Shown: piece by piece, positions 1-14,842 of the stretch
Layout: every line of letters begins with the position of its first letter
Numbering within the stretch: the first letter of the stretch is position 1
Source of the DNA: Eledone cirrhosa
Taxonomy: Eukaryota
Assembly (NCBI GenBank): GCA_964016885.1
Contig: OZ024742.1
Span: 334,180,001 to 334,244,000, forward strand
Reading direction: 5' to 3'
DNA: 64,000 bases
The notes under the pieces: model-generated
Told to the model about the DNA's origin: nothing
The model's database searches: none
The model's input: the letters and a program-made list of their open reading frames with translations, nothing else
Translations under genes and position numbers: made by a program

Positions 1-3000
1 CTGCTGTAGCTACTACTAGTACTGTCTCTGCTGCTGCTGTAACTACTACTAGTACTGTCTCTACTGCTGCAGTAACTACTACTAGTACTGTCTCTACTGC
101 TGCTGTAACTACTACTAGTACTGTCTCTACTGCTGCTGTAACTACTACTAGTACTGTCTCCACTGCTGCTGTAACTACTACTAGTACTGTCTCTGCTGCT
201 GCTGTAACTACTACTAGTACTGTCTCTACTGCTGCTGTAACTACTACTAGTACTGTCTCTGCTGCTGCTGTAACTACTACTAGTTCTGTCTCTACTGTTG
301 CTGTAACTACTACTAGTACTGTCTCTGCTGCTGCTGTATCTACTACTAGTACTGTCTCTACTGCTGCTGTAACTACTACTAGTTCTGTCTCTGCTGCTGC
401 TGTAACTACTACTAGTACTGTCTCCACTGCTGCTGTAACTACTACTAGTACTGTCTCCACTGCTGCTGTAACTACTACTAGTACTGTCTCTACTGCTGCT
501 GTAACTACTACTAGTTCTGTCTCTGCTGCTGCTGTAACTACTACTAGTACTGCCTCTACTGCTGCTGTAACTACTACTAGTACTGTCTCTACTGCTGCTG
601 TAACTACTACTAGTACTGTCTCTGCTGCTGCTGTAACTACTACTAGTACTGTCTCTACTGCTGCTGTAAATACTACTAGTATTGTCTCTACTGCTGCTGT
701 AACTACTACTAGTACTGTCTCTACTGCTGCTGTAAATACTACTAGTACTGTCTCTACTGCTGCTGTAACTACTACTAGTATTGTCTCTACTGCTGCTGTA
801 ACTACTACTAGTTCTGTCTCTACTGCTGCTGTAACTACTACTAGTGCTGTCTCTACTGCTGCTGTAACTACTACTAGTACTGTCTCTACTGCTGCTGTAA
901 CTACTACTAGTAATGTCTCTACTGCTGCTGTAACTACTACTAGTACTGTCTCTACTGCTGCTGCTGTAGCTACTACTAGTACTGTGTCTACTGCTGCTGT
1001 AACTACTACTAGTTCTGTCTCTACTGCTGCTGTTACTACTACTAGTACTGTCTCTACTGCTGCTGCTGTAACTACTACTAGTACTGTCTCTACTGCTGCT
1101 GTAACTACTACTAGTACTGTCTCTACTGCTGCTGTAACTACTACTAGTACTGTCTCCACTGCTGCTGTAACTACTACTAGTTCTGTCTCTACTGCTGCTG
1201 TAACTACTACTAGTACTGTCTCTACTGCTGCTGTAACTACTACTAGTACTGTCTCCACTGCTGCTGTAACTACTACTAGTACTGTCTCCACTGCTGCTGT
1301 AACTACTACTAGTACTGTCTCCACTGCTGCTGTAACTACTACTAGTACTGTCTCTACTGCTGCTGTAACTACTACTAGTACTGTCTCCACTGCTGCTGTA
1401 ACTACTACTAGTTCTGTCTCTACTGCTGCTGTAACTACTACTAGTACTGTCTCCACTGCTGCTGTAACTACTACTAGTTCTGTCTCTGCTGCTGCTGTAA
1501 CTACTACTAGTACTGTCTCCACTGCTGCTGTAACTACTACTAGTTCTGTCTCTGCTGCTGCTGTAACTACTACTAGTACTGTCTCCACTGCTGCTGTAAC
1601 TACTACTAGTACTGTCTCCACTGCTGCTGTAACTACTACTAGTTCTGTCTCTACTGCTGCTGTAACTACTACTAGTTCTGTCTCTACTGCTGCTGTAACT
1701 ACTACTAGTACTGTCTCTGCTGCTGCTGTAACTACTACTAGTACTGTCTCTACTGCTGCTGTAACTACTACTACTACTGTCTCTACTGCTGCTGTAACTA
1801 CTACTAGTACTGTCTCTACTGCTGCTGTAACTACTACTAGTACTGTCTCTACTGCTGCTGTAACTACTACTACTACTGTCTTTACTGCTGCTGTAACTAC
1901 TACTAGTTCTGTCTCTGCTGCTGCTGTAACTACTACTAGTACTGTCTCCACTGCTGCTGTAACTACTACTAGTTCTGTCTCTGCTGCTGCTGTAGCTACT
2001 ACTAGTACTGTCTCTACTGCTGCTGTAACTACTACTAGTACTGTCTCTACTGCTGCTGTAACTACTACTAGTACTGTCTCTACTGCTGCTGCTGTAACTA
2101 CTAATAGTTCTGTCTATACTGCTGCTGTAGCTACTACTAGTACTGTCTCCACTGCTGCTGTAACTACTACTAGTAATGTCTCTACTGCTGCTGCTGTAAC
2201 TACTACTAGTACTGTCTCTACTGTTGCTGTAACTACTACTAGTACTGTCTCCACTGCTGCTGTAACTACTACTAGTTCTGTCTCTACTGCTGCTGTAACT
2301 ACTACTAGTACTGTCTCTACTGCTGCTGTAACTACTACTAGTACTGTCTCTACTGCTGCTGTAACTACTACTAGTACTGTCTCTACTGCTGCTGTAACTA
2401 CTACTAGTAATGTCTCTACTGCTGCTGTAACTACTACTAGTACTGTGTCTACTGCTGCTGTAACTACTACTAGTACTGTCTCTACTGCTGCTGTAACTAC
2501 TACTAGTACTGTCTCTGCTGCTGCTGTAACTACTACTAGTACTGTCTCTACTGCTGCTGTAACTACTACTAGTACTGTCTCTACTGCTGCTGTAACTACT
2601 ACTAGTACTGTCTCTACTGCTGCTGTAACTACTACTAGTACTGTCTCTACTGCTGCTGTAACTACTACTAGTAATGTCTCTACTGCTGCTGTAACTACTA
2701 CTAGTACTGTCTCTACTGCTGCTGTAACTACTACTAGTACTGTCTCTACTGCTGCTGTAACTACTACTAGTACTGTCTCTGCTGCTGCTGTAACTACTAC
2801 TAGTACTGTCTCTGCTGCTGCTGTAACTACTACTAGTACTGTCTCTACTGCTGCTGTAACTACTACTAGTACTGTCTCTACTGCTGCTGTAACTACTACT
2901 AGTACTGTCTCCACTGCTGCTGCTGTAACTACTACTAGTACTGTCTCTACTGCTGCTGTAACTACTACTAGTACTGTCTCTACTGCTGCTGTAACTACTA

Positions 3001-6000
3001 CTAGTACTGTCTCTACTGCTGCTGTAACTACTACTACTACTGTCTCTGCTGCTGCTGTAACTACTACTAGTAATGTCTCTACTGCTGCTGTAACTACTAC
3101 TAGTACTGTCTCTACTGCTGCTGTAACTACTACTACTACTGTCTCTGCTGCTGCTGTAACTACTACTAGTACTGTCTCTACTGCTGCTGTAACTACTACT
3201 ACTACTGTCTCTACTGCTGCTGTAACTACTACTAGTACTGTCTCCACTGCTGCTGTAACTACTACTAGTACTGTCTCTACTGCTGCTGTAGCTACTACTA
3301 GTACTGTCTCTACTGCTGCTGTAACTACTACTAGTACTGTCTCTGCTGCTGCTGTAACTACTACTAGTACTGTCTCTACTGCTGCTGTAACTACTACTAG
3401 TACTGTCTCTACTGCTGCTGTAACTACTACTAGTACTGTCTCCACTGCTGCTGCTGTAACTACTACTAGTACTGTCTCTACTGCTGCTGTAACTACTACT
3501 AGTACTGTCTCTGCTGCTGCTGTAACTACTACTAGTACTGTCTCTACTGCTGCTGTAACTACTACTACTACTGTCTCTGCTGCTGCTGTAACTACTACTA
3601 GTAATGTCTCTACTGCTGCTGTAACTACTACTAGTACTGTCTCTACTGCTGCTGTAACTACTACTACTACTGTCTCTGCTGCTGCTGTAACTACTACTAG
3701 TACTGTCTCTACTGCTGCTGTAACTACTACTACTACTGTCTCTACTGCTGCTGTAACTACTACTAGTTCTGTCTCTGCTGCTGCTGTAACTACTACTAGT
3801 ACTGTCTCCACTGCTGCTGTAACTACTACTAGTTCTGTCTCTGCTGCTGCTGTAGCTACTACTAGTACTGTCTCTACTGCTGCTGTAACTACTACTAGTA
3901 CTGTCTCTACTGCTGCTGCTGTAACTACTAATAGTTCTGTCTATACTGCTGCTGTAGCTACTACTAGTACTGTCTCCACTGCTGCTGTAACTACTACTAG
4001 TAATGTCTCTACTGCTGCTGCTGTAACTACTACTAGTACTGTCTCTACTGTTGCTGTAACTACTACTAGTACTGTCTCCACTGCTGCTGTAACTACTACT
4101 AGTTCTGCCTCTACTGCTGCTGTAACTACTACTAGTACTGTCTCTACTGATGCTGTAACTACTACTAGTACTGTCTCTACTGCTGCTGTAACTACTACTA
4201 GTACTGTCTCTACTGCTGCTGTAACTACTACTAGTAATGTCTCTACTGCTGCTGTAACTACTACTAGTACTGTGTCTACTGCTGCTGTAACTACTACTAG
4301 TACTGTCTCTACTGCTGCTGTAACTACTACTAGTACTGTCTCTACTGCTGCTGTAACTACTACTAGTACTGTCTCTACTGCTGCTGTAACTACTACTAGT
4401 AATGTCTCTACTGCTGCTGTAACTACTACTAGTACTGTCTCTACTGCTGCTGTAACTACTACTAGTACTGTCTCTACTGCTGCTGTAACTACTACTAGTA
4501 CTGTCTCTGCTGCTGCTGTAACTACTACTAGTACTGTCTCTGCTGCTGCTGTAACTACTACTAGTACTGTCTCTGCTGCTGCTGTAACTACTACTAGTAC
4601 TGTCTCTACTGCTGCTGTAACTACTACTAGTACTGTCTCTGCTGCTGCTGTAACTACTACTAGTACTGTCTCTGCTGCTGCTGTAACTACTACTAGTACT
4701 GTCTCTACTGCTGCTGTAACTACTACTAGTACTGTCTCTACTGCTGCTGTAACTACTACTAGTACTGTCTCTACTGCTGCTGTAGCTACTACTAGTACTG
4801 TCTCTACTGCTGCTGTAACTACTACTAGTACTGTCTCTGCTGCTGCTGTAACTACTACTAGTACTGTCTCTACTGCTGCTGTAACTACTACTAGTACTGT
4901 CTCTACTGCTGCTGTAACTACTACTAGTACTGTCTCCACTGCTGCTGCTGTAACTACTACTAGTACTGTCTCTACTGCTGCTGTAACTACTACTAGTACT
5001 GTCTCTACTGCTGCTGTAACTACTACTAGTACTGTCTCTACTGCTGCTGTAACTACTACTACTACTGTCTCTGCTGCTGCTGTAACAACTACTAGTAATG
5101 TCTCTACTGCTGCTGTAACTACTACTAGTACTGTCTCCACTGCTGCTGTAACTACTACTAGTACTGTCTCCACTGCTGCTGTAACTACTACTAGTACTGT
5201 CTCCACTGCTGCTGCTGTAACTACTACTACTACTGTCTCTGCTGCTGCTGTAACTACTACTAGTATTGTCTCTACTGCTGCTGTAACTACTACTAGTACT
5301 GTCTCCACTGCTGCTGTAACTACTACTAGTACTGTCTCTACTGCTGCTGTAACTACTACTAGTACTGTCTCTACTGCTGCTGTAACTACTACTAGTACTG
5401 TCTCTACTGCTGCTGTAACTACTACTAGTACTGTCTCTACTGCTGCTGTAGCTACTACTAGTACTGTCTCTACTGCTGCTGTAACTACTACTAGTACTGT
5501 CTCTGCTGCTGCTGTAACTACTACTAGTACTGTCTCTACTGCTGCTGTAACTACTACTAGTACTGTCTCTACTGTTGCTGTAACTACTACTAGTACTGTC
5601 TCCACTGCTGCTGCTGTAACTACTACTAGTACTGTCTCTACTGCTGCTGTAACTACTACTAGTACTGTCTCTACTGCTGCTGTAACTACTACTAGTACTG
5701 TCTCTACTGCTGCTGTAACTACTACTACTACTGTCTCTGCTGCTGCTGTAACTACTACTAGTAATGTCTCTACTGCTGCTGTAACTACTACTAGTACTGT
5801 CTCCACTGCTGCTGTAACTACTACTAGTACTGTCTCTACTGCTGCTGTAACTACTACTAGTACTGGCTCTACTGCTGCTGTAACTACTACTAGTACTGTC
5901 TCCACTGCTGCTGCTGTAACTACTACTACTACTGTCTCTGCTGCTGCTGTAACTACTACTAGTATTGTCTCTACTGCTGCTGTAACTACTACTAGTACTG

Positions 6001-9000
6001 TCTCTGCTGTAACTACTACTAGTACTGTCTCTACTGCTGCTGTAACTACTACTAGTACTGTCTCCACTGCTGCTGCTGTAACTACTACTAGTTCTGTCTC
6101 TACTGCTGCTGTAACTACTACTAGTACTGTCTCTACTGCTGCTGTAACTACTACTAGTACTGTCTCTGCTGCTGCTGTAACTACTACTACTACTACTGTC
6201 TCTGCTGCTGCTGTAACTACTACTAGTACTGTCACTACTGCTGCTGTAACTACTACTACTACTGTCTCTACTGCTGCTGTAACTACTACTAGTACTGTCT
6301 CTACTGCTGCTGTAGCTACTACTAGTACTGTCTCTACTGCTGCTGTAACTACTACTAGTACTGTCTCTGCTGCTGCTGTAACTACTACTAGTAATGTCTC
6401 TACTGCTGCTGCTGTAACTACTACTAGTACTGTCTCTACTGCTGCTGTAACTACTACTAGTACTGTCTCCACTGCTGCTGCTGTAACTACTACTAGTAAT
6501 GTCTCTACTGCTGCTGTAACTACTACTAGTACTGTCTCTACTGCTGCTGTAACTACTACTAGTACTGTCTCCACTGCTGCTGTAACTACTACTAGTACTG
6601 TCTCTACTGCTGCTGTAACTACTACTAGTACTGTCTCTACTGCTGCTGTAACTACTACTAGTAATGTCTCTACTGCTGCTGTAACTACTACTAGTACTGT
6701 CTCTACTGCTGGTGTAACTACTACTAGTACTGTCTCTACTGCTGCTGTAACTACTACTAGTACTGTCTCTACTGCTGCTGTAACTACTACTAGTAATGTC
6801 TCTACTGCTGCTGTAACTACTACTAGTAATGTCTCTACTGCTGCTGTAACTACTACTAGTTCTGTCTCTACTGCTGCTGTAACTACTACTAGTACTGTCT
6901 CTACTGCTGCTGTAACTACTACTAGTACTGTCTCCACTGCTGCTGCTGTAACTACTACTAGTACTGTCTCTGCTGCTGCTGTAACTACTACTAGTACTGT
7001 CTCTACTGCTGCAGTAACTACTACTAGTACTGTCTCTGCTGCTGCTGTAACTACTACTAGTACTGTCTCTACTGCTGCAGTAACTACTACTAGTACTGTC
7101 TCTACTGCTGCTGTAACTACTACTAGTACTGTCTCCACTGCTGCTGTAACTACTACTAGTACTGTCTCTACTGCTGCTGTAACTACTACTAGTAATGTCT
7201 CTACTGCTGCTGTAACTACTACTAGTACTGTCTCTACTGCTGCTGTAACTACTACTAGTACTGTCTCCACTGCTGCTGTAACTACTACTAGTACTGTCTC
7301 CACTGCTGCTGTAACTACTACTAGTACTGTCTCTACTGCTGCTGTAACTACTACTAGTACTGTCTCCACTGCTGCTGTAACTACTACTAGTACTGTCTCT
7401 ACTGCTGCTGTAACTACTACTAGTACTGTCTCCACTGCTGCTGTAACTACTACTAGTACTGTCTCTACTGCTGCTGTAACTACTACTAGTACTGTCTCCA
7501 CTGCTGCTGTAACTACTACTAGTACTGTCTCTACTGCTGCTGTAACTACTACTAGTACTGTCTCTACTGCTGCTGTAACTACTACTAGTACTGTCTCTGC
7601 TGCTGCTGTAACTACTACTAGTAATGTCTCTACTGCTGCTGTAACTCCTACTAGTACTGTCTCTACTGCTGCTGTAACTACTACTAGTACTGTCTCCACT
7701 GCTGCTGCTGTAACTACTACTAGTACTGTCTCTGCTGCTGCTGTAACTACTACTAGTTCTGTCTCTACTGCTGCTGTAACTACTACTAGTACTGTCTCTG
7801 CTGCTGCTGTAACTACTACTAGTAATGTCTCTACTGCTGGTGTAACTACTACTAGTACTGTCTCTACTGCTGCTGTAACTACTACTAGTACTGTCTCTAC
7901 TGCTGGTGTAACTACTACTAGTACTGTCTCTACTGCTGCTGTAACTACTACTAGTACTGTCTCTACTGCTGCTGTAACTACTACTAGTACTGTCTCCACT
8001 GCTGCTGTAACTACTACTAGTACTGTCTCTACTGCTGCTGTAACTACTACTAGTACTGTCTCTACTGCTGCTGTAACTACTACTAATACTGTCTCTACTG
8101 CTGCTGTAACTACTACTAGTACTGTCTCTACTGCTGCTGTAACTACTACTAGTACTGTCTCTACTGCTGCTGTAACTACTACTAGTACTGTCTCTGCTGC
8201 TGCTGTAACTACTACTAGTTCTGTCTCTACTGCTGCTGTAACTACTACTAGTACTGTCTCTACTGCTGCTGTAACTACTACTAGTACTGTCTCTACTGCT
8301 GCTGTAACTACTACTAGTTCTGTCTCTACTGTTGCTGTAACTACTACTAGTACTGTCTCTACTGCTGCTGTAACTACTACTAGTACTGTCTCTACTGCTG
8401 CTGTAACTACTACTAGTACTGTCTCTACTGCTGCTGTAACTACTACTAGTTCTGTCTCTACTGCTGCTGTAACTACTACTAGTAATGTCTCCACTGCTGC
8501 TGTAACTACTACTAGTAATGTCTCTACTGCTGGTGTAACTACTACTAGTACTGTCTCTACTGCTGCTGTAACTACTACTAGTACTGTCTCTGCGGTTGCT
8601 GTAACTACTACTAGTTCTGTCTCTGCTGCTGCTGTAACTACTACTAGTACTGTCTCTACTGCTGCTGTAACTACTACTAGTTCTGTCTCTACTGCTGCTG
8701 TAACTACTACTAGTTCTGTCTCTGCTGCTGCTGTAACTACTACTAGTACTGTCTCTACTGCTGCTGTAACTACTACTAGTACTGTCTCTACTGCTGCTGT
8801 AACTACTACTAGTACTGTCTCTACTGCTGCTGCTGTAGCTACTACTAGTTCTGTCTCTACTGCTGCTGTAACTACTACTAGTACTGTCTCTACTGCTGCT
8901 GCTGTAACTACTACTAGTACTGTCTCTACTGCTGCTGTAACTACTACTAGTACTGTCTCTACTGCTGCTGCTGTAGCTACTACTAGTACTGTCTCTGCTG

Positions 9001-11990
9001 CTGCTGTAACTACTACTAGTTCTGTCTCTACTGCTGCTGTAACTACTACTATTAGTACTGTCTCTACTGCTGCTGTAACTACTACTATTAGTACTGTCTC
9101 TACTGCTGCTGTAACTACTACTAGTACTGTCTCTACTGCTGCTGTAACTGCTACTAGTACTGTCTCTACTGCTGCTGTAACTACTACTAGTACTGTCTCC
9201 ACTGCTGCTGTAACTACTACTAGTACTGTCTCTACTGCTGCTGTAACTACTACTAGTTCTGTCTCTGCTGCTGCTGTAACTACTACTAGTACTGTCTCCA
9301 CTGCTGCTGTAACTACTACTAGTACTGTCTCTACTGCTGCTGTAACTACTACTAGTACTGTCTCTACTGCTGCTGTAACTACTACTAGTACTGTCTCCAC
9401 TGCTGCTGTAACTACTACTAGTTCTGTCTCTACTGCTGCTGTAACTACTACTATTAGTACTGTCTCTACTGCTGCTGTAACTACTACTAGTACTGTCTCT
9501 ACTGCTGCTGTAACTACTACTAGTTCTGTCTCTGCTGCTGCTGTAACTACTACTAGTACTGTCTCCACTGCTGCTGTAACTACTACTAGTACTGTCTCTG
9601 CTGCTGCTGTAACTACTACTAGTACTGTCTCTACTGCTGCTGTAACTACTACTAGTACTGTCTCCACTGCTGCTGTAACTACTACTAGTACTGTCTCTAC
9701 TGCTGCTGTAACTACTACTAATACTGTCTCTACTGCTGCTGTAACTACTACTAGTACTGTCTCTACTGCTGCTGTAACTACTACTAGTACTGTCTCTACT
9801 GCTGCTGTAACTACTACTAGTACTGTCTCTACTGCTGCTGTAACTACTACTAGTACTGTCTCTACTGCTGCTGCTGTAACTACTACTAGTACTGTCTCTA
9901 CTGCTGCTGTAACTACTACTAGTACTGTCTCTACTGCTGCTGTAACTACTACTAGTTCTGTCTCTACTGCTGCTGTAACTACTACTAGTACTGTCTCTAC
10001 TGCTGTAACTACTACTAGTACTGTCTCTACTGCTGCTGTAACTACTACTAGTACTGTCTCTACTGCTGCTGTAACTACTACTAGTACTGTCTCCACTGCT
10101 GCTGTAACTACTACTAGTACTGTCTCTACTGCTGCTGTAACTACTACTAATACTGTCTCCACTGCTGCTGTAACTACTACTAGTTCTGTCTCTACTGCTG
10201 CTGTAACTACTACTAGTACTGTCTCTACTGCTGCTGTAACTACTACTAGTACTGTCTCCACTGCTGCTGTAACTACTACTAGTACTGTCTCTACTGCTGC
10301 TGTAACTACTACTAGTACTGTCTCTACTGCTGCTGCTGTAACTACTACTAGTATTGTCTCTACTGCTGCTGTAACTACTACTAGTACTGTCTCTACAGCT
10401 GCTGTAGCTACTACTAGTACTGTCTCTACTGCTGTTGTAACTACTACTAGTACTGTCTCTACTGCTGCTGCTGTAACTACTACTAGTACTGTCTCTACTG
10501 CTGCTGTAACTACTACTAGTTCTGTCTCTACTGCTGCTGTAACTACTACTAGTACTGTCTCTACTGCTGCTGTAACTACTACTAGTACTGTCTCTACTGC
10601 TGCTGTAACTACTACTAATACTGTCTCTACTGCTGCTGTAACTACTACTAGTACTGTCTCTGCTGCTGCTGTAACTACTACTAGTACTGTCTCTACTGCT
10701 GCTGTAGCTACTACTAGTACTGTCTCTACTGCTGCTGTAACTACTACTAGTACTGTCTCTACTGCTGCTGTAACTACTACTAGTACTGTCTCTACTGCTG
10801 CTGTAACTACTACTAGTACTGTCTCTGCTGCTGCTGTAACTACTACTAGTACTGTCTCTACTGCTGCTGTAACTACTACTAGTTCTGTCTCTACTGCTGC
10901 TGTAACTACTACTATTAGTACTGTCTCTACTGCTGCTGTAACTACTACTAGTTCTGTCTCTGCTGCTGCTGTAACTACTACTAGTACTGTCTCTACTGCT
11001 GCTGTAACTACTACTAGTACTGTCTCTGCTGCTGCTGTAACTACTACTAGTACTGTCTCTACTGCTGCTGTAACTACTACTAGTTCTGTCTCTACTGCTG
11101 CTGTAACTACTACTACTAGTACTGTCTCTACTGCTGCTGTAACTACTACTAGTACTGTCTCTACTGCTGCTGTAACTACTACTATTAGTACTGTCTCTAC
11201 TGCTGCTGTAACTACTACTAGTTCTGTCTCTGCTGCTGCTGTAACTACTACTAGTACTGTCTCTACTGCTGCTGTAACTACTACTAGTACTGTCTCTGCT
11301 GCTGCTGTAACTACTACTAGTACTGTCTCTACTGCTGCTGTAACTACTACTAGAACTGTCTCTACTGCTGCTGTAACTACTACTAGTACTGTCTCCACTT
11401 CTGCTGTAACTACTACTAGTACTGTCTCCTCTGCTGCTGTAACTACTACTAGTACTGTCTCTACTGCTGCTGTAACTACTACTAGTTCTGTCTCTGCTGC
11501 TGCTGTAACTACTACTAGTACTGTCTCCACTGCTGCTGTAACTACTACTAGTTCTGTCTCTGCTGCTGCTGTAACTACTACTAGTACTGTCTCCACTGCT
11601 GCTGTAACTACTACTATTAGTACTGTCTCTACTGCTGCTGTAACTACTACTAGTACTGTCTCTACTGCTGCTGCTGTAACTACTACTAGTACTGTCTCTA
11701 CTGCTGCTGTAACTACTACTAGTTCTGTCTCTACTGCTGCTGTAACTACTACTAGTTCTGTCTCTACTGCTGCTGTAACTACTACTAGTACTGTCTCTGC
11801 TGCTGCTGTAACTACTACTACTAGTACTGTCTCTACTGCTGCTGTAACTACTACTAGTTCTGTCTCTGCTGCTGCTGTAACTACTACTAGTACTGTCTCT
11901 ACTGCTGCTGTAACTACTACTAGTACTGTCTCTACTGCTGCTGTAACTACTACTAGTACTGTCTCTACTGCTGCTGTAACTACTACTACT
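1..11990 (+). repeat. 33-bp minisatellite (consensus AGTACTGTCTCTACTGCTGCTGTAACTACTACT), roughly 360 units, continues beyond the left edge
   Basis: Tandem unit is directly visible. Length variants are +/- GCT or ACT triplets. Confidence 0.97.
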
Positions 11991-12096
11991 ACAACTACTA
12001 CTACTATTACTACTACTACTACTACTACAACTACTACTATTATTACTACTACTACTACTAATACAACCACTACTACTACTATTACTACTACTACTG

Positions 12097-12130
<34 letters not shown>

Positions 12131-12219
12131 CACTGATGCTACCACTACTACCACTACTACTACTACTACAACTACTACTACTACTCTGCTACTACTACTA
12201 TCACTACTACTACTACTAT

Positions 12220-12255
<36 letters not shown>

Positions 12256-12271
12256 CACGACTACTACAACA

Positions 12272-12303
<32 letters not shown>

Positions 12304-12325
12304 CACTACTACTACTACCTCCACG

Positions 12326-12356
<31 letters not shown>

Positions 12357-12401
12357 TTATGCTACTACTATTACTACTACTACTACTTCGACAGGTTGTA
12401 G
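3..12401 (+). CDS. Possible mucin-like Thr/Ser/Ala/Val-rich repeat exon (STVSTAAVTTT)n; may be only a non-coding minisatellite
   Basis: The frame appears open from base 3; the GTG at 984 is just a synonymous Val variant. There is no start, signal peptide or folded domain in the window. The frame shifts to poly-Leu/Tyr in the (ACT)n tail near 12185. Confidence 0.3.
11980..12388 (+). repeat. Degenerate (ACT)n trinucleotide microsatellite terminating the minisatellite
   Basis: Directly visible. Confidence 0.95.
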
Positions 12402-12797
12402 TTCCAAGTGTTGTGTGATTCAGAGTAGTGTTTAAAATGGCCGTTACTGGAAACTAAGAGAATTGAAGATTGACTCGAACAGAAAATAATTATTGGTTTC
12501 AATTCTTACTTTTTTCTTTAATTCAAAATGTATTTTTATTTATATATATGTTATATTATTCAGTTATTTTCCTCCCTAGTATTTGAATTTTTAAACCAGC
12601 TGGTTTATACAAGACTTAATCTATTTTATTTAATATGGGTCCTGGAACTAAAAACCTTCGCTCAGTAAGAAGAATATTAAATTGTATATAGTAAGGAATG
12701 AGTATCATCCTTATTCCGGTTGAATTATTACCATTTCTCATACCAATCTGCCTGAGACCACCCGTGATTCTACATTGCAATTCGGTTTAGTCTAAAC

Positions 12798-13163
12798 CAG
12801 CGGTTCCCAACCTTTCATAATAAATTCCACCACAATATGCCCCCCCCCCCCAAAAAAAAATAATTTTATGATATAGCAAAACAGTATGCCCCCCCCCCCC
12901 CAAAAAAAAATATTAATTTTTTATGTAGAAATAATTTTGGCATGTCTTTTTATTTGTGAAGTAAAATCATAATTAGAAAAGGTAGAAAGTTGATAAAAAG
13001 TTGAATATAAAAATTAGAAGCAAGAAAAAGAAAAAATGATGTTAGGAGACTACTCTTCTTTTTTATGTATAACATTTTGTGATTTTTAGTTAATTCCCTT
13101 GGCTCCCCCAATAACTTGCTATGGCCCACTGGTGGGCCATGGCCCCCTCGTTGGGAACCAATG
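12798..13163. mobile_element. Non-autonomous hAT (Charlie/MER5-like) MITE
   Basis: TIRs CAGCGGTTCCCAAC ... GTTGGGAACCAATG. 8-bp TSD GTCTAAAC/GTCTAAAT resembles the NTCTAGAN Charlie target. GGCCCC subterminal motifs are present. Confidence 0.85.
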
Positions 13164-13242
13164 GTCTAAATTGTTTGTTTATCTAAAATCCTCACATCAT
13201 ATTCTTTTTTACAAAATGTTATTATGTTCCAAAGCCCAACTA

Positions 13243-13420
13243 AATAATTGTTTCTACTTTAGGCACAAGGCCGGTAAATTGAAGGGTGAACGGAAAGTCG
13301 ATTAAATCGACTCCAGTGGGATACTGGTGCCTTATTTATCAACTCCGTAAGGATGAAAGGTAAAGATAACCTCGGCGGGATTTGATCTTGCCACAAAGCA
13401 TGTTGTCCAACGCTCTACCG
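13243..13420 (-). mobile_element. tRNA-derived SINE (family A), diverged copy
   Basis: Reverse B-box (CGGGATTTGA), core CCGTAAGGATGAAAGG, tail AATAATTGTTTCTAC. Confidence 0.8.
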
Positions 13421-13570
13421 CTAAGTAATGAGAAAATAATTATATTACTACATCCATCGCATTCTTCAATATTTTCAAAATGATGTGAAACAAATATAGG
13501 AAATGCTCTCTTCAAGACAAATGGTAACGAACAGGCTAATGAATCTGACAAACTATGGAGTAAGATAGAT

Positions 13571-13762
13571 ATAATTGTTTCTCCTTTTGACACAAGGCCA
13601 GCAATTATCCCACTGCATTACTTGTACTTCAATTTATCGACCCCGTAAGGATGAACGGCAAAGTTTACCTCGACGTGAATTGAACTCGGGCCATGAAGGG
13701 GCGTAACTCTATGCTGCAATGCATGGCGTGCGACCTTCTACTGATACTGCCAATCCACCGCT
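13571..13762 (-). mobile_element. tRNA-derived SINE (family A), full length
   Basis: Minus-strand head GCGGTGGATTGGCAGTATCAG (A-box), B-box GAGTTCAA, core TCATCCTTACGGGGTCGATAAA resembling Meta/MESC-type SINE cores. Confidence 0.85.
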
Positions 13763-14039
13763 TAAGATAGATATATGTATTACAGTTCATAGGAGTAACA
13801 CTAATGAGACAGTCAACCAGAAATGATACTATAAACGTTACAATGTACAAACCACTACCTCCCTACGGCAACTGACGCTAAACACCAGATCAGAACAGAG
13901 ACTAAGAATGCTAAACCTATGGCTTTGCTTCGCTGGTGGAATTGGCTCAGGTGCAAATCTACATTTTAAATGTCTATTGTTTGTTATAGCTTTGGGTTAG
14001 CTTAATTGTTTCAAATTATATTTCCCTTATAAATGAGGA

Positions 14040-14081
<42 letters not shown>

Positions 14082-14210
14082 CAATATAATACAACCAGCT
14101 ATCCACGAAATACTGATTAGTTAGCACCCCAAACACTAAATTGGGGCACACACACACACGCCCACTCACACATACGTATGCACACCCACACACACATATA
14201 TTTATATATG

Positions 14211-14242
<32 letters not shown>

Positions 14243-14842
14243 CAATATATTAATAAATGGAAACTATATTTATAAAAGCATATTTATTTTATTATACATA
14301 TTTCAAGGGCAACCAAGGCAAATTATGGTACGCTTTCATCAGATAAAATACAGATTTGTTTTATAAATAAATATCGACATACCCGGAAAAAAGACAACCT
14401 TAACGGTTGGAGCTTTATGTATGTATGTATACATAAAGGGATTGTTAAAAAAGGCGAAGAGATTGTATCGTATATTACCTTTGTTAAATATTTGAAGTTC
14501 TTCATATATACAATTACTAGCATACATAATCACCAGTGTTCTATCGTGCCACAGGTTTCATTGGGTTTTACAACATACATAATGATCGATGTTTCGAGGT
14601 ACTGTTTGTTTAAAATCCAAAGTTTCACATTTCTAATATATAGGTATGTAACAAATATGTGGAAACGTTAAATACATGCACATATATATGGGGAGAGGGG
14701 CGTATGTGTTATTAATCTGGATGGGAGAACCCATGTAAACTCGTATATCTGAAGAGGTGCCGATCACCTGATCAAACTCGAGCTGATCAATTGTAATATG
14801 TAATAAAGTTTCAGAAAAAGCTACCAAACTGACTTCTTATTG

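Noticed and set aside
3-11990. Antifreeze-protein interpretation of the 11-aa Thr/Ala repeat
   Set aside because: Only compositional similarity. It lacks the AFGP (AAT)n and type-I AFP Ala-rich helix patterns, and coding status is unproven.
2114-12154. Large minus-strand ORFs (VVVTAAVETVL)n
   Set aside because: Antisense shadow of the minisatellite. It is interrupted by TAG wherever the TAT variant occurs (2114, 3941).
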